From assembly GCA_028700115.1 (NCBI GenBank), contig JAQVTI010000011.1, forward strand, positions 1 to 32,000: a DNA stretch of 32,000 bases, written 5' to 3'. The position numbers and the translations under genes are program-made. The notes beneath the pieces are model-generated. The model worked only from the letters and a program-made list of their open reading frames with translations, made no database searches and was not told the origin of the DNA. Every line of letters begins with the position of its first letter. Position 1 is the stretch's first letter. The stretch is from Candidatus Iainarchaeum sp. GTDB taxonomy: Archaea; Iainarchaeota; Iainarchaeia; Iainarchaeales; CSSED10-239. Below are positions 1-7,829 of the stretch, piece by piece.

Positions 1-2
1 TT

Positions 3-518
3 AATTTAACTTATAAAGTTTATAGTGTAGAACATGAAGGAAATATTGAATATTTTACTGAAATTATTGTTGAAGTTGTTTCTGGGAATAATAATTTAAA
101 TAATATTAATATTTGGCATGAGATACCTAAAGAAGTTGCAAGAGATGTAAGTGAAGTTATTTTTAAGAATACTCCTTCTGTATTAAATAATGATCCTGTT
201 GTTAAATGGAATATTGATTTAATTAATAAAAATAGTTCAAAAGAATTTATATATTTTGTAAATAAAAAAGTAGATTCTGGTAATTTTAGAACACTTGGAC
301 TTGGAGTTTTAAATATTTATGAAATTCAAGATATAGAAGATGTAAGTGAATCTAATTTTAATGTTTTAGATGTAGATGAAAAAGAAAATTTTGAAAAAAG
401 TGCTTTAACTGGTTATTTTATTTTTTCTAATTTTGTTGGTAAGATAATTATTTTATTAATAGGTTTTGGGCTTATTATTTATGGGTTTATTTTAATTAAT
501 AAAAAAAGAAAATTATAA
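3..518 (+). CDS. 3' fragment of a surface/secreted protein with a C-terminal TM anchor (5' end lies outside the window)
   Basis: Frame 3 is open from the window edge to TAA at 516-518. The C-terminus is ...EKSALTGYFIFSNFVGKIIILLIGFGLIIYGFILINKKRKL, a hydrophobic helix plus a basic tail. The upstream segment (..WHEIPKEVARDVSEVIFKNTPSVLNNDPVVKWNIDL..FIYFV) weakly resembles DUF11/CARDB-type beta-sandwich surface domains. Confidence 0.6.
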   Translation, partial: NLTYKVYSVEHEGNIEYFTEIIVEVVSGNNNLNNINIWHEIPKEVARDVSEVIFKNTPSVLNNDPVVKWNIDLINKNSSKEFIYFVNKKVDSGNFRTLGLGVLNIYEIQDIEDVSESNFNVLDVDEKENFEKSALTGYFIFSNFVGKIIILLIGFGLIIYGFILINKKRKL

Positions 519-567
519 TTTTTTTTAAAACAATTATTTTTAAAGACATCTATCTTTAGATATATTT

Positions 568-1542
568 ATGATGAAAATAGATTTAAATTCAATTGATTTT
601 TCTAAAAAATTTCATTTATTAATATTAATTATAATTATTATATTTATTTTTGTAATTATATCAATAATATATACTTCTATTTACTATAAAAATATTGAAA
701 AGAATTCAAAATTTAAATTATTTAAAGATATTCCTTATATTAATTATGATGATTTTGATCCATATTATACATCTCTAGATATTTATTCCCCAAAAGAATT
801 TACAAAAGATTCTAATTATCCTGTAATTATTTTTGTTCATGGAGGGGCTTGGAGTGAAATTATTGGATCAAAAAATGATAGGCATAGATATATTTTAAGA
901 GGTAAATATTTTACAGATAATAATTTTATTGTTGTAAATGTAAATTATAGGCTTTCTCCAAAAGTTAAATTTCCAACACATGTAAGAGATGTTTCAAAAT
1001 CTATTTTATGGGTTTATGAAAATATTATAAATTATGGAGGAAATAATAAAGAAATATATCTTATGGGTCATTCTGCAGGAGGGCAAATTGTTTCATTAAT
1101 TTCTACAAATGAAGTTTATTTAGAAGAAAATGGTTTAGGTTTAGAAAATATAAAAGCAAGTATTCTTTTAGAAGGAGTTGGATATGATCTTTTACTTGCA
1201 AGAGAATTAAAGCTTGATAGTAAAATTATAGATAAGTATTATACATTAGTTTCTTTTGGTTCTTCAGAAAATATATTAAAAAATGCATCTTCTATAAATT
1301 ATATTGATGAAAATAAAAATATCCCACCAATACTTTTAATAAATGCAGAAAGAACTATTTTTAGAATATCTAAAATAGAAGCTAGAGAATTTTATAAAAA
1401 ACTTATAAAAAATAATATTTATTCAGAACATCATACTATTTTAGGAAAATCACATACTACTTTAAATAAAGAATTTGGTTCTGAAAATGATAAAACCGCA
1501 GAAATTGTATTGAGTTTTATAAATAAATTTAGAATAGTTTGA
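568..1542 (+). CDS. membrane-anchored alpha/beta-hydrolase (esterase/lipase-like)
   Basis: 324-aa ORF with an N-terminal TM helix (LLILIIIIIFIFVIISIIY). It has the oxyanion-hole motif VIIFVHGGAWS and the nucleophile elbow GHSAGG (GxSxG). The stop codon is TGA. Confidence 0.8.
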   Translation: MMKIDLNSIDFSKKFHLLILIIIIIFIFVIISIIYTSIYYKNIEKNSKFKLFKDIPYINYDDFDPYYTSLDIYSPKEFTKDSNYPVIIFVHGGAWSEIIGSKNDRHRYILRGKYFTDNNFIVVNVNYRLSPKVKFPTHVRDVSKSILWVYENIINYGGNNKEIYLMGHSAGGQIVSLISTNEVYLEENGLGLENIKASILLEGVGYDLLLARELKLDSKIIDKYYTLVSFGSSENILKNASSINYIDENKNIPPILLINAERTIFRISKIEAREFYKKLIKNNIYSEHHTILGKSHTTLNKEFGSENDKTAEIVLSFINKFRIV

Positions 1543-1848
1543 ATTTAATTATATTATTTGTTGGACACAAAATAATTTTTTAAAATTTTTTAATAATATA
1601 TTTATTTAAAATAAATCTTTATTAATAAAAATATTTAAAAAAATATTAATTTTTATTATAAATTTATAGTTAAAAAAGTATATTTTTATTAAGAAAGTAT
1701 ATATAAACTTATTTGTACTATATAATATATAATAGTTAACTTATTACAATTAATAATTATTGTTATTTGTATAAAAATAAAATTTTGATTAAAAATATAA
1801 TTTTTAAAATTTTTTTAAATACATAAATTAAAAAAAGAGGTTTTTAAT

Positions 1849-4317
1849 ATGATAAAAATTGATTTAAATAATACTAATAAGCAAGAACTTTTAAAAGTTT
1901 TAGAAAAACAAATATCTTCTCCTTCAAGATATATTATATCCCCAATAGATATTTCTATTTTAAAAAAACATAGAATTGATGTTAAAACATTTGCAAAAAA
2001 ATTAAAAGAAGTAAAAGCAAATTATACTGTTTTAAAAGGTCTTGGTTTTAAAGCAAAAACATTAAAATCAGCAGGATTTATTTTAAATGATTTAAAACAA
2101 GTAGGATTTGATGCAACTAAATTAAGAGAGCTTGATTTTAATGCACAAGAATTATATACTGCAGGATATTTGGCAAAAGATTTAAGACAAGCGGGGTATA
2201 CTGCAAGAAGACTTAAAAAAGTTGGGGTTAATTTAAAAGATTTAAAACAAGCAGGATATTTAGCTAAAGAAATTAAAAATGCAGGATATTCTGCAAAGCA
2301 AATTTTAAGTGTAGGATTTACTATTAAAGATTTAAAAAAATCTGGTTTTACTGCTTCTCAATTAAAAAAGATAGGTCTTTCTGCAAAAGAATTATATAAT
2401 GGAACATATTCTTTAATAGAACTTAGAAAAGCAAAATATTCTATTATAAAATTAAAAGAAGCAGGATTTACAGATGCAGAACTTGGGATTGTAAAAAAAG
2501 TAAAAAAAGAAAAAACTGAAAAAAAAGTAAAAAAAGTAAAAAAAGAAAAAACTGAAAAAAAAGTAAAAAAAGTAAAAAAAGAAAAAACTGAAAAAAAAGT
2601 AAAAAAAGTAAAAAAAGAAAAAAAAGAAATTATTGTTAAAACAGATTCTAAAAATAAAAAATTATTTATAATTGAAATAAATAAAGAAAATTTAAAAAAA
2701 TATAAACCAATAGAATTAATTAAAGGAAAAGTTAATGCAGAATCTTTAAAAAAGAAAAACTTTTCTGCATCTGATTTAAAAAAATTAGATTTTTCTGCAA
2801 AAGATATTTATTTTTTAGGATATCTTGTATCTGATCTTAAAAAAGCTAATTTTTCTTTGAAAGATTTTAAAGAAGCAGGAGTTTCTATTAAAGAATTAAA
2901 AGAAATTGGATATCTTCCAATTGATTTAGTAAAATTATATGATACAAATAGTATTTTATATGGAGAATTTGACGCAAAAGATTTAAAAAATGCAAAATTT
3001 AATTCAAAAAAATTAAAAGAATATGCATATACTGCAAAACAATTACATGATGCAGGATATAATTTAAAAGATCTTTTAAAGGCAAATTATAAATTTAAAG
3101 ATATTCTTGCTTTAGGATATACAATTAAAGATTTAAGGAAGCATTATACTTTAAAAAAATTATGTAATCTTGGATATTGTTTACAAGATTTTAAAGAAAT
3201 ATTTACAATAAAAGAATTAATTGATGCAAATTTTACATTACAAGAATTAATTAATGCAGAATTTGATTTAAAAGAGCTTATTAATAATTTTAAAATTAAA
3301 GAATTTTATTTAATTAATTTTTCTGCAATTAAACTTTTTGAAAATGGTGTTTCTTTAGAAGAATTAAAAGAAGCAGGATACAATATAAAAGAATTAATTG
3401 CATTAGAACCTATACAAGAACCTTTAGAAGAAAAACAAAGTTATTCTTTAGAAGAATTAAAATATATGAAATATTCTATAAGTGAACTTTTAGAAATGGG
3501 GTATACTGTTTTAGATTTAAAAAATTCAGGATATTCTGCAAAAGAATTAAAAGTAGAAGGAGTTACTTGTAGAGAATTAATTGAAGTAGGATTTGATATA
3601 AGAGAACTTCATTTTTTAGGATGTACTTTAAAATATTTTATAGAATATGGATTAAATTTAATAGATTTAAGAAATTCTGGATTTAATGCTTTAGAATTAC
3701 ATTTAGAAGGATATTCTTTATATGATCTTAGAATGGCTGGGTTTTCTGCAAAAGAACTTCTTCACATAGGATATACTGCAAAACAATACCATTCTGTAGG
3801 ATATACTGCAAAAGAACTTTATGAAATTGGATTTAGTATTTCTAGTTTAAGATTTGCAGGATATAAAGCAAAAGAATTAACAGGAATTGGAATTTCTATA
3901 AATGATTTTTATTTAGCAGGATATTTAGCTAAAGAAATGGCACAAGCAGGATATAAACCAATAGACCTTAAAGGAAATTATTCTGCAAAAGAGTTAAAAC
4001 AAGCAGGATTTGATGTTGCATCTATGAAAAAAGCAGGATTTTCTGCAAAAGAGTTATATGATGTTGGGTTTTCTGCAAGACAACTTCATTATGGTGGATT
4101 TTCTGCAAAAGAACTTTATGAAGTTGGAGTAGGTATAAGAATGTTAAAAGTTATACATTATGCTGCAAAAGAATTAAAAGAAATTGGATTTACTGCCTTA
4201 CAATTAAAAAAAATTGGATATAACCTAGAACAATTAAAAGAAGCAGGATATTCTTTTACTGAACTTAAAGATGCAGGTTTTTCTTCAGAAAAGATTAACA
4301 GACTTCCTAATAAATAG
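1849..4317 (+). CDS. 822-aa decapeptide-repeat protein (consensus L-K-x-A-G-[FY]-S-A-K-[DE]), possibly a pentapeptide-like beta-helix; no signal peptide
   Basis: SD GAGGT lies 8 nt upstream of the ATG. Residues 62-211 form 15 repeats of exactly 10 aa with no indel. Residues 300-815 hold about 50 more. The two blocks are separated by a Lys-rich linker. Confidence 0.9.
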   Translation: MIKIDLNNTNKQELLKVLEKQISSPSRYIISPIDISILKKHRIDVKTFAKKLKEVKANYTVLKGLGFKAKTLKSAGFILNDLKQVGFDATKLRELDFNAQELYTAGYLAKDLRQAGYTARRLKKVGVNLKDLKQAGYLAKEIKNAGYSAKQILSVGFTIKDLKKSGFTASQLKKIGLSAKELYNGTYSLIELRKAKYSIIKLKEAGFTDAELGIVKKVKKEKTEKKVKKVKKEKTEKKVKKVKKEKTEKKVKKVKKEKKEIIVKTDSKNKKLFIIEINKENLKKYKPIELIKGKVNAESLKKKNFSASDLKKLDFSAKDIYFLGYLVSDLKKANFSLKDFKEAGVSIKELKEIGYLPIDLVKLYDTNSILYGEFDAKDLKNAKFNSKKLKEYAYTAKQLHDAGYNLKDLLKANYKFKDILALGYTIKDLRKHYTLKKLCNLGYCLQDFKEIFTIKELIDANFTLQELINAEFDLKELINNFKIKEFYLINFSAIKLFENGVSLEELKEAGYNIKELIALEPIQEPLEEKQSYSLEELKYMKYSISELLEMGYTVLDLKNSGYSAKELKVEGVTCRELIEVGFDIRELHFLGCTLKYFIEYGLNLIDLRNSGFNALELHLEGYSLYDLRMAGFSAKELLHIGYTAKQYHSVGYTAKELYEIGFSISSLRFAGYKAKELTGIGISINDFYLAGYLAKEMAQAGYKPIDLKGNYSAKELKQAGFDVASMKKAGFSAKELYDVGFSARQLHYGGFSAKELYEVGVGIRMLKVIHYAAKELKEIGFTALQLKKIGYNLEQLKEAGYSFTELKDAGFSSEKINRLPNK
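2491..2625 (+). repeat. perfect 36-bp tandem repeat (3 full copies plus 1 diverged partial) inside the repeat-protein gene
   Basis: The unit gtaaaaaaagtaaaaaaagaaaaaactgaaaaaaaa occurs at 2491, 2527 and 2563, with a partial copy from 2599. It encodes VKKVKKEKTEKK three times. Confidence 0.95.
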
Positions 4318-4331
4318 TTTTTTTATTTTTT

Positions 4332-4355
4332 CCTTTATTTTATAAAGGTTTTTAT
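4332..4355 (+). terminator. hairpin plus T-tract downstream of the repeat-protein gene
   Basis: ccttta (4332-4337) pairs with taaagg (4343-4348) around a 5-nt loop and is followed by tttttat. The stem is short and AT-rich, so this is weak. Confidence 0.35.
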
Positions 4356-4420
4356 ATTTATATATATTTGTATTTTTAATATAATTTTTTAAAATTTTAT
4401 AAATAATTTAGGTGAATAAT

Positions 4421-5449
4421 ATGTCAAATAAAAAACATAAAGAACATAATATAACAGAAAATAAATATAAAATAAATAAAAAAGAATTATTAGTTTGGCA
4501 AATCTTTGCTGCTATTTGTTTAGTTTTATTTATTGGGTCAATGGTTATTGTCTTAAATAATAACTCTAAAGTTGTAGATAATAAAGAAAAATCTCCAATG
4601 ACTGGAGAAATAATTTTAGCTCAAGATGATATGCAGAAAATCGCTGATTTAACAATTGAATTTTTAAAAGTAAATTTTAATATTACAGATTTAACACTTA
4701 ATAATGTTTCTGAAGAGAAAGGTCTTTTGAAAATGGATTTAGATATTTCAGGTCAAAAACTTTCAATTTATACAAGTCAAGATGGTGAGCTTTTATTTTT
4801 AAGTGAAGAACCAATCAATAAGACTGAATTTTTAGAAGAACTTGAAGCTCAAAAAGAACAAGAAAAAGCACAAGCTCAATCTATTGAAAAGGTAGAAAAA
4901 CCAAAAACTGAACTTTTTATTTGGTCATATTGTCCATATGGAGTTACTGCTCTTAGCCCTTTTGGTGAAGTTGTTTCTGTTTTAGGAGAAACTGTTGATG
5001 CTAAGGTTTATTTATATTATGCAGGGCATGGAGATTATGAAGCTCAACAAAATAAAATTCAAGCATGTATTCAAGATTTAGGTTATTCTGATAAATATTG
5101 GGACTTTGCAGTTGGTTTTTCAAATAATATTTATTCTAAATGTAGTGGAGATATCTCTTGTGATAAAGAAGAATCTATTGCATTAATGAATAGTTTAGGA
5201 ATTGATTCTGTTAAAGTTTTAGAATGTGTTGAAGCTAAAGGAGATGAATTAGTAAAAACACATGCAGATAAAGCAAAAGAATATGGTGTAACTGGATCAC
5301 CTAGTTTATTTGTAAATGGTGTGAAAGTTAATGTTGCAAGAAATGCTCAAGCTTTTAAAACAGTTATTTGTTCTGGATACTCTACTCAACCTGAAGCTTG
5401 TTCTCAAGTTTTAGATTCACAAGGAGCATCTGCAACTGGTAATTGTTAA
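4421..5449 (+). CDS. membrane-anchored DsbA-family thiol:disulfide oxidoreductase (thioredoxin fold)
   Basis: SD AGGTGA lies 5 nt upstream of ATG 4421 (the track's GTG at 4412 sits inside the SD). There is an N-terminal TM helix, a CPYG active-site motif (LFIWSYCPYGV) and a DsbA-type cis-Pro loop region (YGVTGSPSLFVNG). Confidence 0.75.
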   Translation: MSNKKHKEHNITENKYKINKKELLVWQIFAAICLVLFIGSMVIVLNNNSKVVDNKEKSPMTGEIILAQDDMQKIADLTIEFLKVNFNITDLTLNNVSEEKGLLKMDLDISGQKLSIYTSQDGELLFLSEEPINKTEFLEELEAQKEQEKAQAQSIEKVEKPKTELFIWSYCPYGVTALSPFGEVVSVLGETVDAKVYLYYAGHGDYEAQQNKIQACIQDLGYSDKYWDFAVGFSNNIYSKCSGDISCDKEESIALMNSLGIDSVKVLECVEAKGDELVKTHADKAKEYGVTGSPSLFVNGVKVNVARNAQAFKTVICSGYSTQPEACSQVLDSQGASATGNC

Positions 5450-5455
5450 ATTATA

Positions 5456-5487
5456 AAAGAGGATTTTTTTCCTCTTTATTTTTTATT
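5456..5487 (+). terminator. intrinsic-terminator-like hairpin plus T-tract after the DsbA-like gene
   Basis: aaagagga (5456-5463) pairs with tcctcttt (5470-5477) around a T-rich loop and is followed by attttttattt. It starts 7 nt after the stop codon. Confidence 0.5.
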
Positions 5488-5501
5488 TATAAGATGATTT
5501 T

Positions 5502-6308
5502 ATGCCTGTTTTTAAAAGAAAAAATTTATTTGGAAAACCTATTGAAAAATTAGATGTTGTAAACAAAGTTATAAATGTTAGTCGAATTTCTTTTAAAAAA
5601 GATAAAAATAATACACTTATTAAACTTGGTTCTGGGAAGATAGGAGATGTTTATTTAGGTACTGTTTATTTTAAGTATGGAACTAAAAGACAAGTTGCAA
5701 TTAAGAAATATAAATATGATATTTCTAAAGATATCCCTCTTTATAATAAAATAATTTCTGATTTAAGTTCTATTAAGCTTCCAAAAGATCCAAAATATCC
5801 AAATAGAAAAGAAACTACTTTATTGCCTAAGATGTGTTTTTTAAAAATAAAAAATAAATCAGGAGTTGAAGAATGTGTTCAGATCACTCCTGCATATATT
5901 AAAAATGGAAAATCAAAATTTTTATCAAATAATGAATTTTTAGGATTTAATGAAAAAGAAATGGTTTGGATACTTTCTGAGATTGCAAAGAAAGGTTATG
6001 ATCCTTATGATTTAGTTGCACAATTTAAAAATAATGAATCACTAATTCCAATCGATTTAGATATTTTAGTAGAAACTTATAAACATAAGGGTTTATTAAA
6101 AGGTGAAGAAAAAATTAATAATTTATTATATTCTTTAGCAAAAGTTTCTGAGATTGGACTTTTTGGTGGATTTGGGGATTTATATACATATAATAAAATG
6201 TGTGACATTTTAATTCAAATGAATCCTTCTTATAAAAAAATTATTAATAAAAATCGTAAATCTGTTTTTAATAAAAATAAAGAAGATTTAATTAATAGTT
6301 CTTTTTAG
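5502..6308 (+). CDS. small atypical protein-kinase-like protein (Bud32/RIO-like N-lobe motifs, degenerate catalytic loop)
   Basis: 268-aa ORF. It has a glycine-rich loop LGSGKIGDVYLG (GxGxxGxV) followed by VAIKK (the VAIK lysine motif). Later segments YDPYDLVAQFKNN and LIPIDLDIL sit where the catalytic loop and the DFG-like metal-binding Asp would be. Confidence 0.5.
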   Translation: MPVFKRKNLFGKPIEKLDVVNKVINVSRISFKKDKNNTLIKLGSGKIGDVYLGTVYFKYGTKRQVAIKKYKYDISKDIPLYNKIISDLSSIKLPKDPKYPNRKETTLLPKMCFLKIKNKSGVEECVQITPAYIKNGKSKFLSNNEFLGFNEKEMVWILSEIAKKGYDPYDLVAQFKNNESLIPIDLDILVETYKHKGLLKGEEKINNLLYSLAKVSEIGLFGGFGDLYTYNKMCDILIQMNPSYKKIINKNRKSVFNKNKEDLINSSF

Positions 6309-6371
6309 ATACTTTTTTAAATACTTTTTAGGACATATATTATATAATTATTTTATATATGGGTGCTATTT

Positions 6372-6992
6372 ATGATTTATATTCCTGCTTGGCTTGCAAT
6401 TTTAGAAGTCTTAATCATATTTGTGCTTCCTGTTTTTTTAATGTATGAAAAAATCATACCCTTTAAGTACAGACTTCATACAATGGGTTTAATTGGACTT
6501 GCAGTTACTTCTTTAGTAGTTGTTCAGAAATGGACTTTAACAGATTTAGGAATTAGAGTAGATAACTTACAAGGGCATTTAGTGCCTTATGTTTTATTTA
6601 CAATTTTAATATCTATTGTAATTGTATATTTATCTAATACAGTTTTAAAAAGAACACATTACGTACATTATTGGACAGAAAAAAAGCATCATCTAAAATT
6701 TTTAATACCTAATTGTTTTTTACAAGAATTTTTATTTAGAGCTTTTTTAATACCTGTTTTATTTATATTTATAGATTCTTTATTTATTGTAGTTTTAGTT
6801 AACTCTATTCTTTTTATGTCAATTCATGTAATTTATTCAACTAAATTTATGGATTTATTATTTGTTTTTATAGAAGGTTTTTTATTTGCAACTATATTTA
6901 TTTTCTATCCTAATTTAATATTTATTACAATTGCACATTGTATTCATAATTATTTAGCTATATTTTATAAGTTTTTTGTGGATGAAAGGTGA
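6372..6992 (+). CDS. CPBP-family intramembrane glutamic endopeptidase (CAAX protease/Abi, bacteriocin-immunity type)
   Basis: Polytopic membrane protein with motif 1 QEFLFR (an EExxxR variant), motif 2 FMSIH and motif 3 HCIHN. ATG 6372 is preferred over GTG 6363 because GGTG at 6362-6365 then serves as the SD. Confidence 0.7.
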   Translation: MIYIPAWLAILEVLIIFVLPVFLMYEKIIPFKYRLHTMGLIGLAVTSLVVVQKWTLTDLGIRVDNLQGHLVPYVLFTILISIVIVYLSNTVLKRTHYVHYWTEKKHHLKFLIPNCFLQEFLFRAFLIPVLFIFIDSLFIVVLVNSILFMSIHVIYSTKFMDLLFVFIEGFLFATIFIFYPNLIFITIAHCIHNYLAIFYKFFVDER

Positions 6993-7046
6993 ATATATCA
7001 TGTATAAATAGTATTATTTAAATATATTTGTATATTATATTTTATT

Positions 7047-7628
7047 ATGATTATTAAACAAATTTCTAAAAAAGAAATTAAAAATGCAGACTTATTTCAA
7101 CAGGCTATATTAAATCCAAATAAATGTAAAAGATTTAGACCTTGGTCTGTAGTTTATAAAAATTTTTTAAGAAATCCTTCTTTATTTATTGGTGCATATG
7201 ATAAAAATAAAATAATAGGAATTGTTTTTGGGTATATTAAAAAAAATAAAGTTTTATTAGGAGAAATGGCTATTTCTAATGATTATCAAAGAAAAGGTAT
7301 TGGTAGAAAACTTATTTTTGAATTTGAGAAGAATGTAAAAAAATTAAATAAAAAGTATATTGAATTAGGGGCTTTTGGATCTGCTCAAAATTTTTATTTA
7401 AATTTAGGTTATACTCCTATATTATTTGTTCAAATTTATAAAAATAAAGTTAAAAAAAATTATAATAAGTTAAATTATAATGTATTAAAAGAAACTAATT
7501 ATATTGATGCTAAGAGGTTATTTATTAAAATTGATAAATTAGATGATAAACTAAAACAAAAAGCAGAAAAAGATTTTAATGCTTATAATGTAATCTATTT
7601 ATTTAGAAAAAATTTTGATTTTGGATAA
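7047..7628 (+). CDS. GNAT-family N-acetyltransferase
   Basis: 193-aa ORF carrying the acetyl-CoA-binding motif A, QRKGIGRKLI (Q/RxxGxG/A). Confidence 0.8.
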   Translation: MIIKQISKKEIKNADLFQQAILNPNKCKRFRPWSVVYKNFLRNPSLFIGAYDKNKIIGIVFGYIKKNKVLLGEMAISNDYQRKGIGRKLIFEFEKNVKKLNKKYIELGAFGSAQNFYLNLGYTPILFVQIYKNKVKKNYNKLNYNVLKETNYIDAKRLFIKIDKLDDKLKQKAEKDFNAYNVIYLFRKNFDFG

Positions 7629-7828
7629 ATTCTAATTATATCTTCTATAATTTTTATAATTATTTTATTTTTTTCAATTTTATATAAATTTTTATTATAT
7701 CTTATTTTAGTTATTTTATTATATATTTTTTTACAATCTTTATTTTTATAATCTAAAATAATGTTTTTTTTAGTAAATATAAAGTATATTTTATTTAAAT
7801 CTTCTCTTAATATCATTTTGAAATACAT
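7595..7828 (-). CDS. hypothetical 77-aa protein, possibly the third gene of the radical SAM cassette
   Basis: Its ATG at 7828 sits in TGATATG, 1 nt after the second TGA that would end the read-through form of the SPASM gene. The sequence is low-complexity K/I/N-rich and overlaps the GNAT 3' end by 34 nt. The support is weak. Confidence 0.3.
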   Translation of the reverse strand: MYFKMILREDLNKIYFIFTKKNIILDYKNKDCKKIYNKITKIRYNKNLYKIEKNKIIIKIIEDIIRIYPKSKFFLNK

Positions 7829-7829
7829 A

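Noticed and set aside
1543-1848. The 306-bp intergenic region upstream of the repeat-protein gene as a hidden gene or RNA.
   Set aside because: It has no ATG-initiated ORF, no SD, and no repeat or stem structure beyond simple A/T runs. It is most simply a long promoter or leader region.
568-1875. Shared N-termini between unrelated proteins: MMKIDLN (568) versus MIKIDLN (1849), and MPVFKRK (5502) versus MPILKRK (31038).
   Set aside because: These are 6-7 residue matches made of the most frequent amino acids (K, I, N, L, D) in an AT-rich genome, with no similarity beyond them. They are most likely chance or mild N-terminal codon bias.
2491-2625. A CRISPR array or mobile-element repeats.
   Set aside because: The only multi-copy repeat is a head-to-tail 36-bp coding repeat without spacers. 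The other repeats are two-copy tandem duplications. No inverted terminal repeats, transposase, integrase or cas genes are present.
7595-7828. The 77-aa ORF as a PqqD-like RiPP recognition element.
   Set aside because: The size and position fit, but the sequence is low-complexity and I cannot align the winged-helix/beta-strand signature by eye. It stays as a low-confidence hypothetical ORF pending profile searches.
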